Assembly (NCBI GenBank): GCA_964016885.1
Contig: OZ024743.1
Span: 298,158,001-298,222,000 of the forward strand
Length of the DNA: 64,000 bases
Reading direction: 5' to 3'
DNA from: Eledone cirrhosa
Taxonomy: Eukaryota
The position numbers and the translations under genes were made by a program. Below are positions 52,600 to 64,000 of the stretch, piece after piece. The notes under the pieces were generated by a model. It saw nothing but the letters and a program-made list of their open reading frames with translations, made no database searches and had not been told where the DNA came from. Numbering within the stretch: the stretch's first letter is position 1; each line of letters begins with the position of its first letter.

Positions 52600-53370
52600 T
52601 TTTTAGCATATTAACAACAAATATGATTTCCACTGCAATTAAAAATGACTAGCTTTGTAAATGGTATTTCCACCCACATCCTCCCTCTTTTTTCTACAAA
52701 GCTAGTCATTTTCAACAGGTTTCAAAGTCTTCATTGATAATATGTGCAAAAATAGTTAATTGCGAATACTTTTAATGTCAGAGTGGGTGGTAAGCACACA
52801 CACAAAAAAAGCAGGAAGAAACACCAGTCCCTATCTCATTTCTACAGCTGAGTAAACTGGAGCAATGTGAAATACAGTGTCTTGCTCAAGGAAACAACAC
52901 ACCACCTGGTCTGAGAATTGAACTCACAAGCTTTCGATTGCAAGGCCAATGCTCTAACCACTAAGCCATGTCCCTCCATTACCATATTAACAACAAATAT
53001 GACTTTCACTGCAATCAAAAATGACAAGCTTTCTGAATAGTATTTCCACCCACTTTTTTTCTACAAAGCAAGTCATTTTCAACAGGTTTCAAAGTCTTCA
53101 TTGATAATATGTGCAAAAAATAGTTAATTGCGACCACTTTTAATGTCAGATTGGGTGGTAAGCACACACACAAAAAAAGACGAAAAAAAGCAGGAAAAAA
53201 ATTTTCACACTGAGTTCAATAGTATGGTGTAGTTTGTTATGTTGTGGTTTGGTGTAGTTTGGTGTAGTTATAACATGGAAACCTATCATAAATTTACCAA
53301 GGTATGGTATAATCTGGTTTGGTGTAGTGTAGGTTAGTGTGGTGTGGTGTGTTGTGTTATTATGTTGCAT
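52600..53370. repeat. Diverged satellite-related units interrupted by a SINE B fragment (52825-52975)
   Basis: aaaatgactagctttgtaaatggtatttccacccac...gggtggtaagcacac occurs twice, homologous to the 57.8-64 kb satellite. Confidence 0.85.
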
Positions 53371-53479
53371 CGTATAGCGTGATTCTCTTTAAATTAAAAT
53401 CATTAAAATGTAATGCCTATCTTCTATATCTTAAAGAGTGACCTTAAATGTGATTGCAAATGACTTTTTTCTCTGGATT

Positions 53480-56400
53480 AATGTTAGATTTAGGGTTAGT
53501 GTAAGTTTTACTGTTAATGGTAAGTTTATTGTTAGTGACGGTGTTACTGTTAGCAGTACTGTCAGTTAGTGTTACTGTAACTGTTACTCTTACAGTTACT
53601 GTTTGCGTTACTGTCTGCATCAGCGTTAGCATTTGCATAAGCGTCTATGTAAGCTTTTGTGTTAGTGTCTATGTAGACTGGTGTTAGCATCTGCGTTAGT
53701 GTTTGGATTAGCCTTAGTGTTTGCGTAAGTGTCAGCATCTATGTCAGCATTTGCGTCAGCGTCTGCATTGGTGATAGTGATTGTGTCAGCATTTCCCTTA
53801 GGGTCTGAGTCAAAATTAGTGTTAGCATTAGTGTTTGTTTCAGTGCCTACGTCTACGTCAGCTTCTGAGTCAGCATTATTATTAGGGTCCGCGTCAGCAC
53901 TTGTGTCAGCGTTTGCATCACGTGCACGTCAGCATTTGCATTAGTGTTTGAGTCAGTGTTAGCATCAGCGTTTGCATTTGTGTAGGGGTTAGCATTTGCG
54001 TCAGCATCTGCATCAGCATTCACTTTAGCATTAGCGTTTGCCACAGTGTTTCCGTTAGCGTCTGTGTCTGTAACAGTGTTTCCGTTAGCTTCTACGTCAG
54101 TGTTTACGTTAGCTTCTATGTCAGTGTTTCCGTTAGCTTCTACGTCAGCGTTTCCCACCGCGTCTGTGTCAGCGTCAGTATTTACATCTACATCAGCGTC
54201 AGCGTTTCAGTTAACGTCAGTGTTTACGTTAGCGTCTGTGTCAGCATTTACGTCAGCGTTTCCGTAACGTCTACGTCAGCGTTTTCCGTTAGCATTGGCG
54301 TTTCCATCAACCTTTCCTGTGGCGTCCGCATCACTGTAGCGTCTGCATATCCCATGTAAGCGTTAACTTCAGCATTTGCGTCACCATACACGTCAGCGCC
54401 GGCAAAACTGCCTCAACATTTGCGTCAGCGTTAGCTTGGCTTTGGCTTCAGCAATCCGCATCAGCAATTGCGTTTTGGAGATCAGCTTCGGCGGTAAGGG
54501 TAAACGCTAACTTCTACGCCTGCTTCTACGTAACTACGTCAGCGTTTTGTTAGCTTCTACGTCAGTATCCACGTTAGCTTCTACATCAGCATCTACGTTA
54601 ACATCTACGTCATCGTTTAGGTTAGCTTCTACGTCAGCGCTTACATTAGTGTCTGTGTCAGCATTTGTGTTAGCTTTTACGTCAGCCTCTGTATTTACAT
54701 CTACATCAGCGTCAGCGTTTTCATTTGCGTCTGTGTCAGCGTTTACGTTAGCGTCTGTGTCATCGTTTACGTTAGGTTCTGCGTCATCGTTTACGTTAGC
54801 GTCTGTGTCAACGTGTGTTAGCATCTGTGTCAGCGTTTATGTTAGCGTCTGCGTCTGTTTATATTAGCATCTGCGTCAGTCTTTACGTTAGCATCTGTGT
54901 CAGCATTTTCATTAGTGTTTGCATTTGCTTTAGTGTTTGCATCAGCGTGAGCATTTGTGTCAGTGTCCACGCCAGTGTTAGAGTCTGTGTAGCATTTACA
55001 TCAGCGTGTGCGTCAGAGTCTTTGTCAGCATTCGCCTTTGCACCTGCATCAGTATTCACGTTAGCAGTTGTGTCAGTTTTAGTGTTAGTGTTTACGGTAG
55101 TGTTAGTTTTAATGTTAGTGTTCGTGTTATTTTTTCCATTAGTGTTAGTGTTTTATTTTGTGTTAGTGTTTCCATTAGTGTTAGTGCTAGTCTTTGTTTT
55201 TCTGTTAATGTTAGTGTTTGTTTTAGTGTTGAGGTTAATGTTAGCTTAGTTTTCTGGTTAGTATCAGTTTTTGTGTTAGTTTTAGTGTTCAGGTTAATGT
55301 TAGTGTTTTTTTAGTGTTAGATTTTATGTTAGTGTTACTGTTAGTGCTCAGATCAGTGTTAGTGTTTGTGTACTGTTTATGGTAGTGTTGGTAGTGTTAG
55401 TTTTAGTGCTAGTGTTTAGGTTAATGTTAGTTTTAGTGTGAGTGTTCAGGTTAGTGTTAGTGTTCAAGTTATGTTAGTGTTACTGTTAGTTTTAGTGTTA
55501 AGGTTAGTGTTAGAGATTGTGTTAGTGTTTGTTTTTGTGTTAATATTTGTGTTAGTATTTCTGTTAGCATTAGTGGTTGATGTTTCCATTAGTGTTAGTG
55601 ATTGTGTTAGCGTTAGTCTTTGTTTTTTGTGTTAATGTTAGCATTAGTATTTCTGTTAGCATAGTATTTCTGTTAGCATAAGTGTTTGTGTTAGTGTTCA
55701 TGTTAATGTTAGCTTAGTTTTCAGGTTAGTGTTAGTGTTCAAGTTAATTTTAGTTTTAATGTTAGAGATTGTGTTAATATTTGTGTTAGTATCTCTGTTA
55801 GTGTTAGTTTTAGTGTAAGTGTTCAGGTTAGAGTTAGTGTTCAAGTTAATATTAGTGTTAGTTTTAGTGTTAAGGTTAGTGTTAGAGATTGTGTTAGTGT
55901 TAGTATTTGTTTTTGTGTTAATATTTGTGTTAGTATCTCTGTTAGCATTAGTATTTGATGTTTCCATTAGTGTTAGTGATTGTGTTAGCGTTAGTCTTTG
56001 TTTTTGTGTTAAGGTTAGCGTTAATGTTAGCGTTAGTATTTGTGTTAGTGTTAGCATTAGTGTTTATGTTAGTGTTCAGGTTAATGTTAGCTTAGTTTTC
56101 AGGTTAGAGTTAGTGTTCAAGTTAATGTTAGTTTTAGTGTTAGAGATTGCGTTAGTGTTTGTTTTTGTGTTAATATTTGTGTTAGTATCTCTGATAGCAT
56201 TAGTGATTGATGTTTCCATTAGTGTTAGTGATTGTGTTAGCGTGAGTCTTTGTTTTTGTGTTAATGTTAGCATTAGTATTTCTGTTAGTGTTAGCATGAG
56301 TGTTAGAGTTCAGGTTAATGTTAGCTTAGTTTTCAGGTTAGTGTTAGTGTTCAAGTTAATCTTAGTGTTAGTTTTAGTGTTAGAGATTGTGTTAGTGTTT

Positions 56401-56670
56401 GTTTTTGTGTTAGTATCTCTGTTAGTGTTAGTTTTAGTGTAAGTGTTCAGGTTAGTGTTAGTGTTTGTATTAGTGTTTACTGTAGTGTTAGTTTTAGTGC
56501 TGGTGTTCAGTTTAGTGTTTGTGTTAGTTTTCTATTTAATGTTAGTTTTCAGATTTTGTGTTTGTGTTAGTTTTCATGTTAGCGTTAAGTTCACTGTTAG
56601 AATATGTGTGAGTGCAAGTGTTAGGGTAAGTGTTATTTTTGAAGTTCGGTTTTAGCATAAAGTTAGGTTT
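53480..56670. repeat. Degenerate hexamer tract grading from GTCAGC/GTTAGC to GTTAGT
   Basis: Clear 6-bp period with a 24-bp superperiod at 54030-54820. Larger duplications at 55582/55960/56212. Confidence 0.92.
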
Positions 56671-57854
56671 TCTACTTTCCAGGAAAAAAGTTAATCCTCT
56701 CTAACTTGAGTGGTGTGATATAGTGTGGTAAAGTATAGTGTTTCATAGTCTTGTATGGTGTTGTCTATTGTTGTATAGTGTAGTATGGTATATTGTTTCA
56801 TAGCATGGTCTGATGTGAGGTCGTACAGTGTTTCGTAGTGTGGTGTTGGATAATGTGGTATGGTATAATGTTTGTCAGTGTGGTGTGGTATGCTATAGGC
56901 TGATGTAGTGTGGCTTAGTTTGATTATAATAATACAAATAATAATAACAATAATAATAGTAATAATAATTGTTCTTCTTGTTCATTTTCTTTGACTTCTT
57001 CTGTGCCTTTGACTACTTCTGTGCCTTTATCTTCTCCTCTGCCATCTAAATACCAAAAACAAAGAATGTAAAACATATGTTGCCTATCTCTCAGACTTTA
57101 CAAAGTGCTGAGGAGATAAAGTTAATTTAAAGAGCAGTGTGCTCATGCACTGTGATCCTATAATGTAGCTTAGAAGCTATTTCATAACTAAAAAACAATG
57201 TCAAACATCAACAAAAATATATACAAATATCTTTGAATGTTGAAGTTAAACCTAAATAGATTGTATCTACAGGTCATTAGGTTAAGGCTGAACTAAGATC
57301 ATATCTATAAATCATTAGCTTTAGACTGAACTGAGATCATACTTTCTTCTTCTTTTCGTCATCTTCGTTTCCCGTGTCTTCTTTGTCTTTGTTGTCATTT
57401 TCATTTTAATCGTCCGCTTCGTCGTCTTTTTCTTCTTTTCCATCTAAATATAAAAAAAAAAATGTAAACAAATATATAGCTGATCTCTCAGACTTTCACG
57501 AAACACCGAGGAGATACAGTTAATATAACGAGTGGGGAGCTCATATATATATATATGGTATAGCATGGTGTTATGAGGTCTGGTGTGGTACATGGTGTGA
57601 TGTGGTGTGGTATGATATGGTGAGGCGGGAGGGGGGGACAACAACGTTAGATTAATGTTAACAATACACATGTAGCATCCACATGTGATGAGAAGGGGGA
57701 AACAGTGTTTAACTAATTTTAACATTACATGTAGCATCCATCTACAGGTGATTAAGTTAAGACTGAGGTGTAATCATGAAAAGGTCAATTTAAAACTACA
57801 CTGAGATTCTGCTTAAAATGATGGTCAATGAAGTGTTTACTTACTCAGATCCTT

Positions 57855-60800
57855 GTAAATGGTAGGAGTAGGTGTTCTGTAATAAATTTACCATATAGTG
57901 AAGTATGCTTATGGTGAAGTATATGGTGTGGATTGGGGTAGATTATTGTGCTGTGGTGTGCTTTGTTATAAGTGAGAATTTAAATTTCCAATTTGATTTA
58001 TGTTAGAAGAAAAACTTTTCCTTCATTTTTGCATTTGCTATCAACTTCCAAGAAGATTGCAGTGGACTATGCTTTTAACAAAAAATATGACTTCCAATGC
58101 AATAAAAAATGACTAGCTTTGTAAATGGTATTTCCACCCACATCCTCCCTCTTTTTTCTACAAAGCTAGTCATTTTCATCAGGTTTCTATGTCATAACCA
58201 TTGATAATATGTGCATAAAATAGTAATTTGCGAGCACTTTTTATGTCAAATTGGGTGGTAAGCACAAAATAAAAAAATCCCGGATGAAAATTTGTCACAC
58301 CAAAATCAATATCTTGTTGTGATGTAGTATGGTGTGGTTTGGTGAAGTTTCTACGAAGATAGTCGTTTTCGACAGGTTTCCATATCATAATTATTGATGA
58401 GTGGAAAAAAAATAGTCAATTGGGAGCACCTTTAATGTCAGATTGGGTGGTAAGCACACACACAAAAAAAAAAAAAGGAAACGGGAAGAAAATGTTTCAC
58501 ACCAAGATTAATAGCTTGGTGTGATGTAGTATGGTGTAACTTGGTATGGTGTGGTTTGGTTTGGTGAAGTTATGAAATGGAAACCAATTGTAAACGATAG
58601 ATTCCCATGTCATATTTATCGATAATGTGTCGGAAAATAGTCATTTGCAAGCACCTTTGATGTTAGTTTGAGGTGGTAATCACACAAAAAAAAGCAGGTA
58701 GCAAATTTGTCACATTGATGTCTATACCATGGTGTGATGTAAATGGTAGGAGTAAGTGTGATGTAGTATGGTGTGGTTTGGTGAAGTTTCTACAAAGATA
58801 GTCATTTTCGATAGGTTTCCATGTCATAATTATTGATATGTGAAAAAAAAAGTAAATTGAGAGCACCTTTAATGTCAGATGGGGTAGTAAGCACACAGAA
58901 AAAAAAATGTTTCACACCAAGATCAATAGCTTGGTGCGATGTAGTATGGTGTAACTTGGTATGGTGTGGTTTATTTTGGTTTGGTGAAGTTATGAAATGG
59001 AAACCTATTGTAAACGATAGATTCCCATGTCATATTCATTGATAATGTGTGGTAAAATAGTCATTTGCAAGCATCTTTGATGTTAGTTTGAGGTGGTAAC
59101 CACAAAAAAAAAGCAGGTAGCAAATTTGTCACATTAATGTCCATATGATATGTAAATGGTAGGAGTAGGTGTTCTGTAATAAATTTACCATATAGTGAAG
59201 TATGGTTATGGTTATGGTGAAGTATATGGTGTGGATTGAGGTAGATTAATGTGCTGTGGTGTGCTTTGTTATAAGTGATTATTTAAATTTCCACTTTGAT
59301 TTATGTTAGAAAAAAAACTTTTCCTTCATTTTTGCACGTGTTATCAACTTCCAAGAAGCTCGCAGTGGACTATGCTTTTAGCATATTAACAAAAAATATG
59401 ACTTCCGCTGCAATAAAAAATGACTAGCTTTGTAAATGGTATTTCCACCCACATCCTCCCTCTTTTTTCTACAAAGCTAGTCATTTTCGACAGTTTTCCA
59501 TGTCATAATTATTGATAATATGTGCGAAAAATAGTCAATTGCAACACCTTTGATGTCAAATTGGGTGGTAAGCACAAAAATAAAATCCCGGATGAAAATT
59601 TGTCACACCAAAATCAATATCTTGGTGTGATGTAGTATGGTGTGGTTTGGTGAAGTTTCTACGAAGATAGTCATTTTCGACAGGTTTCCATGTCGTAATT
59701 ATTGATGAGTGGAAAAAAAATAGTCAATTGGGAGCACCTTTAATGTCAGATTGGGTGGTAAGCACACACACACACAAAAAAAAAGGAAACGGGAAGAAAA
59801 TGTTTCACACCAAGATTAATAGCTTGGTGTGATGTAGTATGGTGTAACTTGGTATGGTGTGGTTTGGTTTGGTGAAGTTATGAAATGGAAACCAATTGTA
59901 AACGATAGATTCCCATGTCATATTTATCGATAATGTGTCGGAAAATAGTCATTTGCAAGCACCTTTGATGTTAGTTTGAGGTGGTAATCACACAAAAAAA
60001 AGCAGGTAGCAAATTTGTCACATTGATGTCCATACCATGGTGTGATGTAAATGGTAGGAGTAAGTGTGATGTAGTATGGTGTGGTTTGGTGAAGTTTTTA
60101 CAAAGATAGTCATTTTCGACAGGTTTCCATGTCATAATTATTGATATGTGAAAAAAAAAGTAAATTGAGAGCGCCTTTAATGTCAGATGGGGTAGTAAGC
60201 ACACAGAAAAAAAAATGTTTCACACCAAGATCAATAGCTTGGTGCGATGTAGTATGGTGTAACTTGGTATGGTGTGGTTTATTTTGGTTTGGTGAAGTTA
60301 TGAAATGGAAACCTATTGTAAACGATAGATTCCCATGTCATATTCATTGATAATGTGTGGTAAAATAGTCATTTGCAAGCATCTTTGATGTTAGTTTGAG
60401 GTGGTAACCACAAAAAAAAAAGCAGGTAGCAAATTTGTCACATTAATGTCCATATGATATGTAAATGGTAGGAGTAGGTGTTCTGTAATAAATTTACCAT
60501 ATAGTGAAGTATGGTTATGGTTATGGTGAAGTATATGGTGTGGATTGAGGTAGATTAATGTGCTGTGGTGTGCTTTGTTATAAGTGAGGATTTAAATTTC
60601 CACTTTGATTTATGTTAGAAAAAAAACTTTTCCTTCATTTTTGCACGTGTTATCAACTTCCAAGAAGCTCGCAGTGGACTATGCTTTTAGCATATTAACA
60701 AAAAATATGACTTCCGCTGCAATAAAAAATGACTAGCTTAGTAAATGGTATTTCCACCCACATCCTCCCTCTTTTTTCTACAAAGCTAGTCATTTTCGAC

Positions 60801-63800
60801 AGTTTTCCATGTCATAATTATTAATAATATGTGCGAAAAATAGTCAATTGCAACACCTTTGATGTCAAATTGGGTGGTAAGCACAAAAAAAAAAATCCCG
60901 GATGAAAATTTGTCACACCAAAATCAATATCTTGGTGTGATGTAGTATGGTGTGGTTTGGTGAAGTTTCTACGAAGATAGTCATTTTCGACAGGTTTCCA
61001 TGTCGTAATTATTGATGAGTGGAAAAAAAATAGTCAATTGGGAGCACCTTTAATGTCAGATTGGGTGGTAAGCACACACACAAAAAAAAAAAAAGGAAAC
61101 GGGAAGAAAATGTTTCACACCAAGATTAATAGCTTGGTGTGATGTAGTATGGTGTAACTTGGTATGGTGTGGTTTGGTTTGGTGAAGTTATGAAATGGAA
61201 ACCAATTGTAAACGATAGATTCCCATGTCATATTTATCGATAATGTGTCGGAAAATAGTCATTTGCAAGCACCTTTGATGTTAGTTTGAGGTGGTAACCA
61301 CAAAAAAAAAAGCAGGTAGCAAATTTGTCACATTAATGTCCATATGATATGTAAATGGTAGGAGTAGGTGTTCTGTAATAAATTTACCATATAGTGAAGT
61401 ATGGTTATGGTTATAGTGAAGTATATGGTGTGGATTGAGGTAGATTAATGTGCTGTGGTGTGCTTTGTTATAAGTGAGGATTTAAATTTCCACTTTGATT
61501 TATGTTAGAAAAAAATCTTTTCCTTCATTTTTGCACGTGTTATCAACTTCCAAGAAGCTCGCAGTGGACTATGCTTTTAGCATATTAACAAAAAATATGA
61601 CTTCCGCTGCAATAAAAAATGACTAGCTTAGTAAATGGTATTTCCACCCACATCCTCCCTCTTTTTTCTACAAAGCTAGTCATTTTCGACAGTTTTCCAT
61701 GTTATAATTATTGATAATATGTGCGAAAAATAGTCAATTGCAACACCTTTGATGTCAAATTGGGTGGTAAGCACAAAAAAAAAATCCCGGATGAAAATTT
61801 GTCACACCAAAAAATAGTCAATACCTTTGATGTCAAATTGGGTGGTAAGCACAAAAAAAAAAATCCCGGATGAAAATTTGTCACACCAAAATCAATATCT
61901 TGGTGTGATGTAGTATGGTGTGGTTTGGTGAAGTTTCTACGAAGATAGTCATTTTCGACAGGTTTCCATGTCACAATTATTGATGAGTGGAAAAAAAATA
62001 GTCAATTGGGAGCACCTTTAAAGTCAGATTGGGTGGTAAGCACACACACAAAAAAAAAAGGAAACATGAAGAAAATGTTTCACACCAAGATTAATAGCTT
62101 GGTGTGATGTAGTATGGTGTAACTTGGTATGGTGTGGTTTGGTTTGGTGAAGTTATGAAATGGAAACCAATTGTAAACGATAGATTCCCATGTCATATTT
62201 ATCGATAATGTGTCGGAAAATAGTCATTTGCAAGCACCTTTGATGTTAGTTTGAGGTGGTAATCACACAAAAAAAGCAGGTAGCAAATTTGTCACATTGA
62301 TGTCCATACCATGGTGTGATGTAAATGGTAGGAGTAAGTGTGATGTAGTATGGTGTGGTTTGGTGAAGTTTCTACAAAGATAGTCATTTTCGACAGGTTT
62401 CCATGTCATAATTATTGATATGTGAAAAAAAAAGTAAATTGAGAGCACCTTTAATGTCAGATGGGGTAGTAAGCACACAGAAAAAAAAATGTTTCACACC
62501 AAGATCAATAGCTTAGTGCGTGGTAGTATGGTGTAACTTGGTATGGTGTGGTTTATTTTGGTTTGGTGAAGTTATGAAATGGAAACCTATTGTAAACGAT
62601 AGATTCCCATGTCATATTCATTGATAATGTGTGGTAAAATAGTCATTTGCAAGCATCTTTGATGTTAGTTTGAGGTGGTAACCACAAAAAAAAAGCAGGT
62701 AGCAAATTTGTCACATTAATGTCCATATGATATGTAAATGGTAGGAGTAGGTGTTCTGTAATAAATTTACCATATAGTGAAGTATGGTTATGGTTATGGT
62801 GAAGTATATGGTGTGGATTGAGGTAGATTAATGTGCTGTGGTGTGCTTTGTTATAAGTGAGGATTTAAATTTCCACTTTGATTTATGTTAGAAAAAAATC
62901 TTTTCCTTCATTTTTGCACGTGTTATCAACTTCCAAGAAGCTCGCAGTGGACTATGCTTTTAGCATATTAACAAAAAATATGACTTCCGCTGCAATAAAA
63001 AATGACTAGCTTAGTAAATGGTATTTCCACCCACATCCTCCCTCTTTTTTCTACAAAGCTAGTCATTTTCGACAGTTTTCCATGTTATAATTATTGATAA
63101 TATGTGCGAAAAATAGTCAATTGCAACACCTTTGATGTCAAATTGGGTGGTAAGCACAAAAATAAAATCCCGGATGAAAATTTGTCACACCAAAAAATAG
63201 TCAATACCTTTGATGTCAAATTGGGTGGTAAGCACAAAAAAAAAAATCCCAGATGAAAATTTGTCACACCAAAATCAATATCTTGGTGTGATGTAGTATG
63301 GTGTGGTTTGGTGAAGTTTCTACGAAGATAGTCATTTTCGACAGGTTTCCATGTCATAATTATTGATGAGTGGAAAAAAAATAGTCAATTGGGAGCACCT
63401 TTAAAGTCAGATTGGTTGGTAAGCACACACACAAAAAAAAAAAGGAAACATGAAGAAAATGTTTCACACCAAGATTAATAGCTTGGTGTGATGTAGTATG
63501 GTGTAACTTGGTATGGTGTGGTTTGGTTTGGTGAAGTTATGAAATGGAAACCAATTGTAAACGATAGATTCCCATGTCATATTTATCGATAATGTGTCGG
63601 AAAATAGTCATTTGCAAGCACCTTTGATGTTAGTTTGAGGTGGTAATCACACAAAAAAAAGCAGGTAGCAAATTTGTCACATTGATGTCCATACCATGGT
63701 GTGATGTAAATGGTAGGAGTAAGTGTGATGTAGTATGGTGTGGTTTGGTGAAGTTTCTACAAAGATAGTCATTTTCGACAGGTTTCCATGTCATAATTAT

Positions 63801-64000
63801 TGATATGTGAAAAAAAAAGTAAATTGAGAGCACCTTTAATGTCAGATGGGGTAGTAAGCACACAGAAAAAAAAATGTTTCACACCAAGATCAATAGCTTG
63901 GTGCGATGTAGTATGGTGTAACTTGGTATGGTGTGGTTTATTTTGGTTTGGTGAAGTTATGAAATGGAAACCTATTGTAAACGATAGATTCCCATGTCAT
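57855..64000. repeat. Higher-order tandem satellite, ~1.3 kb units built from ~200 bp diverged monomers; continues past the window end
   Basis: Marker gtaaatggtaggagtaggtgttctg at 57855, 59152, 60461, 61351, 62734. Confidence 0.95.

Noticed and set aside
53853-54824. Repetitive Asp/Ala/Asn beta-solenoid or ice-binding-like protein
   Set aside because: No splice signals or start context; frames break repeatedly; explained by the hexamer minisatellite.
57855-64000. CRISPR-like repeat/spacer array
   Set aside because: The intervening sequences are themselves repeated; eukaryotic context; no cas genes.

Overview
Repeat-saturated, AT-rich animal genomic DNA. The SINE/RTE families and the huge TA/CA microsatellites are typical of a coleoid cephalopod, most likely Octopus (inference, no search run). 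The only host gene is the 3' end of IQCA1/DRC11 (three + strand exons: 306-483, 5011-5249, 8926-9045). Almost all other ORF-track entries are microsatellite artefacts or decayed retroelements. These include RTE LINEs carrying a PHD-like finger, two R4/Dong-like RLE elements, L1/Tx1-like and CR1 fragments, Neptune- and Naiad-like Penelope elements, two tRNA-SINE families, a mariner MITE and a Helitron-like element. The most striking hidden layer is a dense set of minimal type-I hammerhead ribozyme motifs, about 15 copies from 8 or more unrelated families, found by eye. Several sit in short palindromic (inverted-pLTR) non-coding units inserted in (TA)n, and two families use a U3-A8 core variant. 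The right end (52.6-64 kb) holds a strand-biased GTCAGC/GTTAGT hexamer tract and a ~1.3 kb higher-order satellite.
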